A stretch of DNA of 45,968 nt, the filler included, from Jimgerdemannia flammicorona (taxonomy: Eukaryota): the NCBI GenBank assembly GCA_003990765.1. It is 2 parts of 2 records of this genome, joined end to end, with 100 filler letters (N's around TTAATTAATTAA, not from the genome) between each part and the next. Parts side by side here need not be neighbours in the genome. Positions count along the whole stretch, not along the records: positions 23,038 to 45,968 come from RBNJ01001183.1; 1 more part is not named here. One strand, 5' to 3'. A program made the translations under genes and the position numbers. Of the stretch, positions 24,449 to 37,392 are shown in pieces (position 1 is the stretch's first letter; each line of letters begins with the position of its first letter). The notes below the pieces were generated by a model. That model ran no database searches. It was not told the origin of the DNA and worked only from the letters and a program-made list of their open reading frames with translations.

Positions 24449-27134
24449 GGCGGTTTGATTCGAGGTTGTGAGTAGATAGCTGTGATGGATGTGAATTTGT
24501 TTTTACTCGAAGTGTGGAGTGGTTGAGTTGAGTTTGCTTTGGTTGCTATGTTCTGGGATGAGAATTCCAACGAGTCGATTCACTCGTTTTTATGTGTTCT
24601 GGGGTTATTACCGGAGCGACATACGTCTTCTCTTGCTTTGGAGCATCTTGAAGCTTAATCATTCCATCAATCATGCCGTATCGTCGAGCTTTGTTCCGGG
24701 GATTGCGGGCCATACAATCGAAGAGGATGTCGTTTGATATCAGGTGATGAAGCTTTCGCCTCAGAACCGTTTTTGCTCTATGGTGTATATCTTGATTTCC
24801 ATCATTTAGGTTTGTTGAGCACAATAATGTTCAAACTGTTTCGTGTGATGCCAGATCATAAAGCTTGATGTAGGTTTGTCGTTGCCTGATTTTTTTTTTT
24901 TTTTTTTTTTTTTTTGATGGATATGATGTAGATTTTGATCTCGATGGGTCTGCGGATTTGACCTAGTCCATCATTCGTCGTATCTCAACAATGGTTATTG
25001 GCTCCAATCCTCATTGATAATTGGATGTTTCAGTTCTGCAGCTCGCGCTATGCGTAAAAATATGTCGAGATGCATGAATCATGGCACAACACGTAAATGT
25101 ACTTTGAGCATGGACGTGGTGGCAAAGAAATGTTTTGACATGAAGCAATTTCAAAAACAGAAACACCGAATGAAATTCGCAACTCGGGTCATACAGCGTT
25201 CGAATGAGACGTTGCCGTCATCAAGAATTTATCGCACGCGCACCGATGAAAAAGTGTTCTCAAAATCAAGATTCAATGTGTCGAGGGTCAGAGGATCAGA
25301 GGATCAAACCGAGAAAACTTTGTCAGGATGAGAAGGCATTCCATTCTGAGCCAAGTTGCGACAATACACCATGATCGATTCCATCCGACAGTAGTGGTCT
25401 CTCTCCACCTCTTCCAACAAAATGCGACATTTTGAGGTCGTATGGTAGACGCAATCTTCCCTCCCTAGATGTTCGCATTCATCCAATTTTACTGAAGATT
25501 AGATTCTTACTCCCCTCCCTCTCTCTCCCGTTTTTTTAATTGTCAATGTGTTCCATGAATGCGAATCTCCATCGTTTGCCTCCTGCGATTCGGCTCACAA
25601 AGGGTGTATAAAAAATAAAATAAAAAAATCCTGCAACAAAACCACTTCGAGTTGATCGAGCACGCACACAACGCAAACGGCACATCCCTCCGTCCCCCTT
25701 GAAAAACAGAGATAGAAAAAGGGCAGACATGGTATATATTATATATTAAGGATTCGTAATTAAAAAAAAAAAAAAAAAAGGACTTTGTGTTATAATACTC
25801 CTAAGTCACATTTTAACCACCTCGACCCCATATAATCCCAATCCATTTCCGACCCCATACATATCAAGCGTCGTGGCACATTCACCTTGATACATATCGT
25901 GGTACACATTACTCCGGAAGGACACGCCCAAAAAAAGCCGAGATGAAGGAATGCACGGCGCCTTCCAGAGTATGTGGTGTTCCATTAGATCAATTTAGCA
26001 ACCTGCATATTCATTTCGCTCCCGTCGGGTAACACCACCACGCACCCTTACAGAAATTGGGCAACACAGGGAGATCCCTATCGCGTGAAAAAAAAGGGTC
26101 TTGTAGTTCTCACTTTTCCGGCAGGCCGACTGTGTCAAATCCCTCTGCCCCTCAATTAATTTCCCAATTCGGACTTACCCTTCGTGTCAAATTTCCGAGG
26201 GTTCCAGCAATTTCCTTCTTTCTCAATTTCTCGCCTTTCCATACCTCCAGGTAATTAGATCCTTTCCTGCGTGTTTTACTCGTCCGCCTGTGACAGCGGG
26301 CGCGACACCAGAGCCAATGGGCGGCCCATCTAGTATTGGTCATTTTTTCGCCCTCCCTCAAACAGAAACTCGGGTACAAACCTTAGCGCGTTTCTCTCGC
26401 GTCTATATTTTTTTCTCCGAGACTTGATCATGTCGCGCCCTCACGGGACTCTCCGAATACCGCTAGACTGGTTGGCGCCAATGTCACGCAAACAGCTAGA
26501 GTGAACGAAACTTGCAATGGTCGGTAGATCCTCATATAAATATTTATATTTATATATTGGAAAGAAAAAAAAAAAAAAAAAGAAGAGACTTATGCCAAAC
26601 AAAAAGGTCGCGTTTGATTGGCGACAAAGAATTTTGAAAGGAACCTTGCGGAAAAGAGGATAGTACAGGGATGGAAACGAGGAAGTGAAGGGGGTGGGTG
26701 GGGGAGGGAGGCGGAAACTGTATAAACAGGTGAATAGATGGTGATGAGGTCGGAGCGGGAGAAATGACTAGAAGATACGGTGAGGTTTGGAGGAAACTGT
26801 ACAGACAAGTTCGAAGGGAATGGTTGTTTTGAGCTAGAGGAAGGATATTATATACAATCTTATATATAAGCTGGGGACGGTTTGAGGAACCGATACAATA
26901 TACAGGATGGTAAAAGAATGGAAAATGTAGTGTTCGATGGTTTGATGGAAAGGTGCTTTTGATATAAAGACATCAAAAAAAAAAAAAAAAAAAAAGGAGC
27001 AAAGAAGGAAACAAAGAGCAGTAAACACGACACGTATTCAAAAAAAAAAAAGCAAGTTGTCCAAGATCTTGAGAAACGAGTACGAATTTGTAGAAAACAT
27101 AGCAGGAATCAGTGAAAAAGAAAAATTGTCAAAA

Positions 27135-28334
27135 CTAAGAGCAATCACTTGGCCTGTCAGCGCAGATGCCGGCATCGCAACGTGACAGGGCCAAGATCAC
27201 CAGGGAAAAAAAACAAAAAAAAAAGTATATGGTTGTGTTTAGCAATTCCATCCCTCCCTCCTCACACAACGAGCCCGCCCGACAATCGCTCCCACAGACT
27301 CGGACGTCTCTTCCTCGACTCCGGATTGCGTGGTCCATCATCCTACGCAGAGGCATCGTGAGGCATTGCTCCATGGCTATTCTGTCCCGATGCGTGTCGG
27401 CATCGAGACAGCGCCATTCGGTCTCGTAGGTGTTGACGGGAGAGCATTCGTCAAGCCAGGTTCCACTCCTCTTTTGCAAGTCCATCAGAGGATATTTCTT
27501 CTCGAGCATGATTGCCATCTGGATGATCTCATCGATATCCATATCGGGATCCTGCGGCAGGTTAACCAGGTACATGTGAACCATCTCGGGTTCCTGGAGC
27601 AGCAATTCCTGACCATGAGAAAGGACAATCGCACAAGTGACATAGATAGGCATCAGCGGCGTGCTCGCCATGAATAGGTCAAATAACCGCATGACCTTGT
27701 CGAAATCCGTCAGGTCATGGCTGAACCACATAAGGACCCAGCTAAGAGTATAGAATGGCATGATATTTGCGTTCATCAAAAATTCATGAAGTCCCGGATT
27801 TTCGAGCTTAAGCAAGGTTGTAACAAGCGACAGCTGGCGCGATACGGGGTCAATCGAGTCTAGCATCCCATCTCTCAAAAAGAACATGGCAACATTTTCC
27901 GCCGCCAGAATAGCCAGACGTTTGCCTAGCACTAGTAAGAAGGTGGTACAGACATCATGGAAACCCTGATAGTAGTGCAGGTTGGGGTTGTGCCAGAGGA
28001 TCTCGATGATCATTTCGTGCAGCTCACGTCAGCGTTGGACCTTTTGGGGTGTAGAGAGGTCTTGAGGGAAGTAGTAAAGAGAGCATTCCATGTCCTTGGA
28101 GATCTGGATTGGGTCTCGAAGGTCTTGTTCTGAGCCTACTTCATGAACAGGGATACCTTCCTGGCTGTGAAGCAGTATGGGCCATGTCTGCTGCCTTAGC
28201 CAGTCGCACATCAGGCCGTCCTCGGACCGTGCAATTGTGTGAAGCTGCTCGATGTCGTTTGCTACGATAGCGTCATGAATAGACTTGATGCGGTCTGCAG
28301 GTAGTATCTTTCTGTTGAAGGATGCTGGCGTCAT
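27135..28334 (-). pseudogene. GYP8: GYP8/TBC1D20-like Rab-GAP (TBC domain) pseudogene, intronless
   Basis: LRQQTWPILL, QISKDMECSL (from IxKDVxRS), LHYYQGFHDVCTTFLLV, FLRDGM, FYTLSWVLMWFSHDL, RLFDLFMASTPLMPIY. In-frame TGA at 28029-28031, catalytic Arg finger reads Cys, C-terminus degenerate. Confidence 0.82.
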
Positions 28335-28385
28335 TGTTGTTGTGTCGGCGAGTTAACGAAAGGGAGGGGGAAAAGAGGTGTCGCC

Positions 28386-28437
28386 GGCAGGGGTGGGGTT
28401 GGTAAACTCCTGGCAGGGGTGGGGTTGGTAAACTCCT
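28386..28437. repeat. 26-bp perfect tandem duplication at the LINE/TBC-pseudogene junction
   Basis: ggcaggggtggggttggtaaactcct x2 (28386-28411, 28412-28437). Confidence 0.95.
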
Positions 28438-29305
28438 GCTACTATAATCTCCTCCACCTTCCTTCTTGTCTTGACTATCATCACTATGGGCACTCCCTTT
28501 ACCAGTAACTGGATTACTCTGGGGTCCCACCTCAGACAGAAAGCCATTGAAACCACAATCTCTCCAATGGTCAGCTCTGTCTTCATTGTCTCCGCCAAGG
28601 GGGCAGGCTTCTCAAAGCCCACCTCCACTCCCTCAAGCCCCTTCAGGAACTTTACCAAGGCCACTCTAGCCATCTGCTTCGAAATCAGTCACAGGACTAT
28701 CCTTACTACTCAGAAGTACAATATGACTGTAAACTCTAAGATTAACTTCTTGAGTAACAGGGCTACTGCCAGGCCTATTACACCATCAGCCAGGTCCCTC
28801 TGCCCCTGTCTGTCTCTCTGCATAGTACTGCTATCAGCTATTACATCTCTTTTTTTTTCTTGATCTCCTGTTATACCCCCTTCAGCAGTTATTCCACTGC
28901 CTCCAGCCACAGCCCTTCCTGCCCCTATACTTGCTCCCCTCAGCAAAGAGCCTCCTGCCCTCTCCAAGCTAGTCTTGCCTTCTCTCTCAGCTCTGCCAGC
29001 TCATGCACCTACCAGCCATCCACTCCACTTCACCTTGTCAGCAAAACTCAGGGGCTCAGATCCTCCCCCATTTTCACCAGACACTGGTTATCTCCAGAGC
29101 TCTCCCTCTCCTTCCCATATCCAAAAGAGCCCATCTCCAGGTCATAACTCCTCTCTACATATTGCCAGCCAAATGCTCCAGGTCTACCTGACCCAGTACA
29201 CCTATCAGAACTCTTGCTTGAAGATATTTTGATAGTACCTTTTCTCTGAATCATTGTAAAAAGTATTGCCAGAAGTTTGTGTAATGTGAATTGTACCAGA
29301 GATAG
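28438..29305 (-). mobile_element. LINE copy C: 5' UTR and N-terminal part of ORF1 only
   Basis: Reverse strand begins tctctggtacaattcac like copies A and B. It encodes RDLADGVIGLAVALLLKK and LVKFLKGLEGVEVGFE..WDPRVIQLLVKGVP, matching copy A ORF1. Confidence 0.88.
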
Positions 29306-29439
29306 ATATCAGGTCTCATTCCTAGTATGAGGTATATATGGAAACTAACTGCTTGTCAATAGAGTATATCTTTGGGGCATTTTTGACTAGTATATTATTG
29401 TCATTCTCAGGAGTAGTGTCTGGCTTCCTTAACTTTACA

Positions 29440-31379
29440 GAAGTATTTATAGAAGTACTGACAGACTTATATTCATTCATATTAAAATTTTTGAGGATTG
29501 TTTGAGTATATGCACTTGCAAGAGATATATGGTATATGTATTTCTATTACATATAATATGTAGATATCTTCAAAAGAAAGAATATATTGCCTATATAAAT
29601 GATTCTGAATTCTTGACATAGGGCTTATTTTACTCCATTAAGTCTATTTTTGCTTGAAATGACAATTATATCATCAACCCAGATCCTAATAAAGACTATA
29701 CTGTAAGATTATAGTATTTGATATATATGCAATTATCTATTTCACAGCAGGTAAATCTATTATCAAAGAGATATTTATCAATCATTTTATTCCATAGTTA
29801 TATCACTTATTTGATGCCATATAATCTCTTATGTAGTTTATATATAAGCTCATCTTTTTCATATCTTTGCAGTTGATGAATGCATAGTTAAGTATCTATG
29901 TCACTATTTAGGAATACTGTCTTGATATCTATTTGATAGATTTTCAGATCATATAGCATACTGATCATAAGGAGTATTTTAAGCAAAGTAAGCTTGAATA
30001 CTGGCAAAAATGTCTCATTATTGTCTACACTATAATCCTATAAATAATTCTTAGTAATAAAATAAGCTTTATATTACTTTATACTTCTATTACTCCTATG
30101 CTTGATTCTATAGACCCACATTGATCCAATTATTTAGTAATTTGATAGAAGGGGTATGAGATCCCATATACTATCCTTAATGAGTAAATTATATTTCTCA
30201 TCTATTATATATTTTCATTTTTTGCTTTCTGGAGATTGTATAACTTTATTATATATGTTTGGCTTACTGAATATTGCAATATATATACATTTATATACTT
30301 TGATATAGCTCATATAGTTCTGTCTTTACTACTATCTAGAGCTCACTAGAATGTCTCAATTACTTTCTAATTTTGAACAAGTTTCTCAGTAGATATTTAA
30401 ATGTTTTTGCTTAATCTTTATAGAGATCTCTCAGTATTACATCTGCTATTATCTTCATTCTTAATCTCTGATATTCTTGGCTCAGACAACTCTGGCTCAG
30501 GCTTAGATATATATAGTAGTTGAAAATAATATTAATTGATCACTAGAGAGATATATAATGGTTGTTGCACTTAGGCTGACTGAGATATAGATATAGATGT
30601 GTTAACTAGTACATCTATGTAGGATTCTTCTTTTTCTCTGAATTATACATTAGTCAAAATAACAATATACTACTTATAGAGTTCCTAGAATCTATATATC
30701 TTACTAGTGCCAGAATATCTAAGAAATATGTGCTTGCTGGCTTTTAGCTTAAATTTATGCCAATTGGTAGTGCTCTTATCAATAATATATATCTCACAAC
30801 TGAATATATATAGATGTGATATATTGGACTTAGTTCCACTCTATAATTCTTCAGAAATAAGATTGTTATTATCTCTGAAATACTTATTATTGCCAGAATC
30901 CTTACTTAGTGCTTAAGAAATATACTAATTATATATATATATATTACTAGTTTGATGGCTTTGACCCAATAAGAGTATCTCTGTCTAGCTGCATTGATCA
31001 TTATATGATCTATTTCTATGGCCATATGGTTAAATACCTCCGCCATGCCATTTTGCTGGGGTATATAGGAAGCTATCATTTGATATTATATACTATATAT
31101 TTTCAGGAATTGTCTGAATATATTATTGATATATTTGTATCCATTATCTGATTATATAATACATACTTTATGTTCTGTCTTATTCTTGGTAATCACTTTG
31201 AATTCTTTAAATTTCTTCCACACTTTGCCCTTTACTAATAGAGAGTATATATATATCTTATATATATAATCATTAATAAATATTATGAAATATCTCTTCT
31301 CAGAGTATGATGACATACATATTAGCCTACAAATATTGGTATGTATAAGGTTGAGGATTTCAGATATATGCTTTAACTA
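29440..31379 (-). mobile_element. Highly decayed Ty1/copia pol relic (integrase then RT)
   Basis: Minus-strand remnants RYFIIFIND (~31265-31295), SDNG (~31141-31152), YIPQQNGMAE (~31038-31066), KRLYGIK..LWNK (~29785-29830), AYTQTILKNFNM (~29478-29515). Integrase lies upstream of RT, the copia order. Boundaries approximate. Confidence 0.8.
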
Positions 31380-31410
<31 letters not shown>

Positions 31411-31597
31411 GTCACTCAGACTTCCCTTTATTACCTCAATCTATAAATAATAATACAATTTCACCCCCCACCTCTCACCCAATATCCCTTGGATCTCCTT
31501 CTTCACTCTCTATCTCTCTCTATTAGAGGAAAACCCAGCCATCCACTACCTGAACTCTCTCTCCACTTTTCTGACAAATATAATTTACCAACAACAT
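31380..31597 (-). mobile_element. LINE copy D: 3'-terminal fragment with poly(A)
   Basis: Reverse complement reads LVNYICQKSGERVQVVDGWVF (ORF2 C-terminus), then ggtaataaagggaagtctgagtgactatt and poly(A), matching the copy B 3' end. Confidence 0.85.
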
Positions 31598-34500
31598 CAC
31601 CTTTCTCTGGTACAATTCATGTTACACCAACTTCAAGCAATAGTTTTTCAACATAACTCAGAGGAAAGTGACTAACAACATAGACAGCAATGATCAAACT
31701 GGTGAGTATACTGGCCAGGGGGATGCTGGCACCTTTGGCTGGCAGTAGGTGGGGAGGAGGAGAGATGGTTTGGAGATGCCGGAGGCCTCAATGGCGAGCC
31801 GAGGTCTTGGTGGTAGAGGGAGAGGTGGGCTGAGGCAGCGAGGTGGAGAGAGGTTGATCTTCACTGACAAGGTCCAAATGGGGAAGATGGCCTCAGGCTT
31901 GGATGGCTAGCTGGGCCTGGGGAAGGCATTGACGGCTGCTGCTAGGGGACAGGGGGGTGTTCCCAGGGGAGCCTCAGGTGGAAGGGGGGGAGCAGGTGTA
32001 GGGGTTGGAGATGTGACTGCTGATGAGGCTGTGACTGGGGATCTGGCAAAAAATCCAGATGTGACAGTGGTTGGCAATTCAGGACTGGGAGGGGGCATGA
32101 GGCCCAGGGACCTGGTGGATGGAGTGATGGGCATGGTGTCGGCCCCATTACTCAAGAAGTCGCATTCGGAATTTGTGGTCACATTGTGCTTCCGGGGCTT
32201 GGCGGTGATGGCGAGGATGATTTTGGAGCTGGTGGCGTAGGAGGCAAAGGGAGCTGCATCGGTGAAGTTCTTGAGAGGGAAGGAAGGGGTCGAGGTGGAG
32301 TTTGAGGAGGAAGACACCTTGTTGGCAGCCATGAAGAAGGGGGTGAAGGTGGGTGAGGTGGTGGTCCCCATGATCTGGTGTATGTGCTGGAACCCCCGAG
32401 TGGTACAGTTGATGGTGTTGGATCTCCCCACGGTGTTGAAGGAGAGGACCAGGGAGTTGGTTGTAGAGGCGATCAAGGAGTATGGTGAGATCGTGGATAT
32501 TGGATTCAATGTCTGGGAGGGCATGGAGCTTAGGACTGGCGATGTCAATGTCTGAGTGAGGCTGGCTGGGAGGGAGAATATGGGGAAGTTGAGGGACTGG
32601 CCAGCGATGCTGAGGTGGGGACCAGTGGAGTATAAGGTCACAAGGGTGAAGGGGACCCAGGAGGAGGAGGAGGACCTGTTGGAGGCACTGGAGGATCTGG
32701 AAGGGGCTGTTGCAAGGAGGAGATTGGCCTGGAAGGAGTTTGAGGCCAGGACGGTGGTGGGGGAGGTGGATGGGAAGAGGGTCCGGATGGAGAAGGGGGC
32801 CTGGGAGAAGTTGCAGGGGAGGAGAATCCAGAAAGAGCTGCTGGCGATGATGGGGGAGGGTAGGGTCGGTAGTGGCTCAGGAGAGGGAGTTGCAGGGCTG
32901 TGGGAGAGCGCCTGGGCAGAGGGGGGAGAAATGGCCCAGAGTGCAGTCCAGATTGGAGTGGGGGAAGAAAGGGAAGACAATTTGGTGGCAGACACCGAGA
33001 TGGGTGAGAAGTGCACCCTCAGTATAGTGTTCTGGGTGGAGCTGAGGGGGAGGAGGAGCTGCTGGATGTGCCAGATGAGGAGTGGGATGAGTCAGTGAGG
33101 GGGAGCACACTGGTAGATCCCAAGGTGGATGGGGGACGTATCGCTCAGGGTGCAGTGGAGGCAGTGGATGAGGAGAAGTGAATGTGGAAGACCCTGGAAG
33201 GGGTTGCGGCTGAAGAGCTGGGGGGTGAGGATTTCAGGGTGATAGAAGAGAGGTACTGGGAGGAGATCCTTCGGGGGGAGAAGGTGCCAAGGAAGATGAG
33301 GAATGAGATTCTGGTGGTCCTTCTGGAGTTGGTTGAGTATCAGGTTGATGATCAGCGAGAGGAGGAACTCAGGAAGGTGGCAAGTGACAGGGCACTTTTC
33401 TTGTGGAATGCTAGGAAGGGACTGGAGAAGTGGCACGCAGTCTGCTTAGACTACCAGTCAGATATGGAGGAAGTGGACAGGGTTGATTGTCAGGAAATCT
33501 TGGGGGCACTGGATACTCAGACTATTGTGGAGGGTGACTTGGAAGCTGAATGGTGCTTGGATCTGGCCGGAGATGAGATGAGCATGGAATTCTAGACTGG
33601 GGTCTCTATTACAATGTCTATCAATATGAACAGTACAATAAGGATATTCTCATTGAATGTTAATGGGTTAAGGGGGGAGGCTAGGAGGAGGTATATATTT
33701 GGATGGCTGAAGGGACTGGATGCGGACCTCTTCTTATTACAGGATGTTCATTATGAGGCAGATATGGACTTATAAGATTGGACTAAGGAATGGGAGGGCA
33801 TGGTGGTATGGAGGGGGAAAGTGTGTATTCTCATTCGGAAGGGGATGGGGGACATTGAGGACATTGGATATTGGGGGTCTAGGGTGGTGTGGGGAATGTG
33901 GAAGAGGCCTGGATGGGGCTTGTTGATGGTTGGGTCTTGCTACTGCCCAGCTGAGAGAGGGGAGAGGGTGGATTGGATTCGGGGATTGAAGGAGGCTGGT
34001 GTGTTGGGGGAGGTGGGGCTGGACTGTATGGGAGGTGACTTCAATATGGTACAGGATAAAGCGATGGATAGAACGGATGGCGGGAGAGGCTTGCGAAGCG
34101 AAAGTAGTGGGTTGGGTGACTGGTTAGAGTTGGAAAGGTTGTGCTCTTTAGTGGACTCCAGTAGACAGTTTTGGGCCAAGCAGTGGGTGTATACCCACTG
34201 GGCAGCGGGGCTGGGTTCCAGGATTAACTGGGCTCTGACTGTGGAGTGTTGGGGTGCGGATGTCTGGTCAGCACTGGAAGTAGTATGGTGTCCATGGTCT
34301 GATCATTGGGGACTGTGTAGAAGGGAGAGGTTTGGGGGAAAGGAGGATGGGCCTGGACATTGGCAGCTAAACTCTTCCTTATTGGAGGACAGGACATTGT
34401 GGGAGGGTTGGAAGACAGAGGTGGTGGGTAATATCAGCAGGTGGTGGGAAAGAGGCCTTGGGATTGAGGACCGATGGAGATGACTGAAGGCAAATGCTCA

Positions 34501-37352
34501 GGGATATTGGAGGGAGGCAGGGAAAGGTGAATGTGCTCGGCATAGGCAGAGGGAGCTGTGGGCCTCCTGGCATCTGGCTGCACTCATGGAGAGATGGGCA
34601 GGGGTGTTGGTAGATGGCAATATGTCTGATTGGCATATTGTTCAAATCCGGCAGAAGATAGGGGAGCTTAAAGGGGTGTTGCAAAGGGAGGAGGAGATGC
34701 AGGTGCAAGGAATGGTGGCCCGGCTGTGGTGGCAAGGGCTTGAGGAGGGGGAGAGGCCTACTAGGTTTTTGTCATGGTTGTTACAGGCATGACGAATGAG
34801 ACAGTGGTGGGAGGGAGTTCTGGATGAGGATGGCGAGCTGGTGGGGGGGACTTCAGCAATTCTGGGACTATTGAGAAATTGGTGGGAGAAGCTATGGAGT
34901 GAGGAGGAGGGTGAAATGGATGCTCTGGATGTTGAAGGACAGCTGGGGGATTGGCACCCAGACGCTGCATTAGGACTTAGCACATTGGGGGACCCAGTGA
35001 GTGATGAGGAAATTTGCCAGGTTGTGGTCTTGACAAGTAAGGGAACAGCTCCAGGAGAGGATAGACTTCTCTGGGATTTTTGGCAGAAGATAGTTGGGGT
35101 GGGCAAGGTGCTGGAGGAGATGACTGCTATGTGCAATGGGGTTCTTCAGTCTGGTACTTGGATTGGGGGTCAGTGCTTAGGGCTGGTCTCATTGCTCTAC
35201 AAGAACAAGGGGAGGCGAGAGGACTGGAGGAACTGGCGGCCAATTATGCTTCTTGACATAGACCACAAACTGGTGACAAAGATCTTGGTGATGAGGCTAC
35301 AAGGGATTGCTCAGCAGGTGCTTAGTGTGGAGCAGCGTGGGTTTGTCAGTGGTCGGCTGATTCGAGATGAGATGGCTTGGGTTCATGGAGTGATTGAAGG
35401 TGCCCGAGCGACTGAGGTGGATGGCAGATTGGTGTTTCTGGACCAGGAGAAGGCCTATGATAGAGTGCGGAGAATATGGCTGGAAGGAGTGCTGAAAAGG
35501 ATCGGCATTCCCCCAGAGTTTTGAGCTTCTTTGATCGGCCTCCTTGAGGACAGTCAGGCAGCACTGGTCATTAATGGCCACAGGGGGGTGACCTTCCCCC
35601 TGGGGCATGGGGTACCGCAAGGGGATCCATTGTCACCCATTTTGTATGCCCTTTCCCTGGAGCCGCTACTGGACAGAATTTGGCAGCAGATTGGGGGTTT
35701 GGACATTCTGTGGGTTAATTGGAAGGTGGGGGCCTTTGCTGATGATATAGTGGTCGGGCTGGGCTCCTTGGCAGATGTGGGAGAGTTACAGAGGTCAGTG
35801 GAATGGTATGAGAGGGGTTCTGGGACCAAACTAAACTGGCACAAATGCGAGACTCTGGTGCTGGGTGCCGGCATTGTTGGTGGCGATGTCATTGGGACAG
35901 TGGTACCAGCAGGTAAACCAGTGCATTATTTGGGAATTTACTTTTTGGTGTTTGGGTCTCTTCTTCCCCAGGCAAGGTGGGACAGTAAGCTTCTGGAGTG
36001 GGGAAATATTCTGCTGCATTGGGGTGGCTGACATATGTCTCTTGCCAGGAGGGTGATGGTACTGAATGTGTATTGGATGCCGAAGCTATGGTATGTTGGA
36101 TATCATTTGGATTTCTCCTTCTGAGTGGTCAAGGGGTTGTTGAGGATGGCAAAGTCATGGATCTGGGGTGGGCGATGCAGCCAGGTTGGGTGGGAGGTGC
36201 TCACCCTGCCCTTGGAAGGAGGTGGGCTGGACTTAGTGGACTTTACTAAGCGACTCCTGTGTCTGAGAGCTTGGTGGTTGTGGAGGGCAAGTGAGCTTCA
36301 TAGTCAGGAGTGGGTGCCACTCTTGCAGTGGTTGTGGGAGGTTCAGTACTCCCCACGTGGTGGCTCCAGCAACCTGCTTGCAATGGTAGCCATGGAGGAG
36401 AGCCGGAGGATGAGGTTTACAGGCTTTTGGTGGGGGGCAGTGGATGGCGCTAAGAAAATAGGTCTTTGCTGGTGAGGGGATGAAGCTGAGGAGGATTGGG
36501 GACCACGAATGTGGAGGTGGGACAGGCTTCTCCTTGGTGGCAATCTGGTGGAGAACTTCTGGCTTAGTGAGAGTCTGGATTGCCTGAGAGGCTTAGGTGG
36601 TGAACTGTGGCCCAAAGCCTGGCAGGGGGTTGGAATTGGTGAGGAGTGGGATTGGCATGAAATCTGGCTCTGGTGCAAAAGGGTGAGGCAGTGGCTGCCC
36701 CCCAAGTTCTGGGTGGTGAGGTGGCGCATCCTATGGTGAAATGTGATGTTGAACTATCAGTCTGGGCACTTGGTGAATGGTGGAGTGTTCGAGTGTGAGG
36801 AGTGTTTCAACATTGGTCAGGAGGGAGGAGTGGTACAAATGCCTGAACATTGGCTTGGCGAGTGTGAGGTTTTGGAGGAGTTTTGGAGGTGTATTATGTA
36901 CCGGTTGGAGCTGGGCACCTTGGAGGGAGAGGGAGGGGGGAGATGGGGAGCGCTCTGCCAGCATCTGGTGGGTGGGGTTGGGGATGAATGGCTGACCCTT
37001 GGCTGGGCTTTGGTTATGTGGGTTGGGCTGGCAGGACATTGGGTTCACATCTTTGAGGAGAGGCATCAGGTGGAGGTTGGGGACAAGGTGGTGCATTGGG
37101 AATGGTTGCTATTGGACATTCTGAATAGCTGGTGGCGGGGTTGGGGGCCAGGCGGGGGACACCGTCAGGGTCTAGTGCAGTGTATCTCCCAGAAGAGTGG
37201 TGGGAGGATTCAGATTGTGGGGAATTGGGTGGTGTTTGGGTAGGGGGAGGGTGAGGGAAGTGGGTTGGGCCCATGGGGCATTGGCTGAGGGTGGGGGTGA
37301 CATTGTATTGTTAGCACTATAGACTTTGGTAATAAAGGGCAGTCCAAGTGAC

Positions 37353-37388
<36 letters not shown>
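31598..37388 (+). mobile_element. Full-length degenerate L1/Tx1-like LINE, copy B, with poly(A) tail
   Basis: 5' UTR cacctttctctggta, ORF1 remnants to 33595, ORF2 33614-37243, AATAAA at 37331-37336, poly(A) at 37356-37388. Confidence 0.93.
33614..37243 (+). pseudogene. LINE copy B ORF2 (APE endonuclease, RT, Cys/His finger), disrupted
   Basis: IFSLNVNGLR, GGDFN, WSDH, NWRPIMLL, LDQEKAYDRV, GVPQGDPLSP, AFADDI, GGLDL, CEEC-x13-EHWLGEC; multiple in-frame TGA stops. Confidence 0.92.
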
Positions 37389-37392
<4 letters not shown>

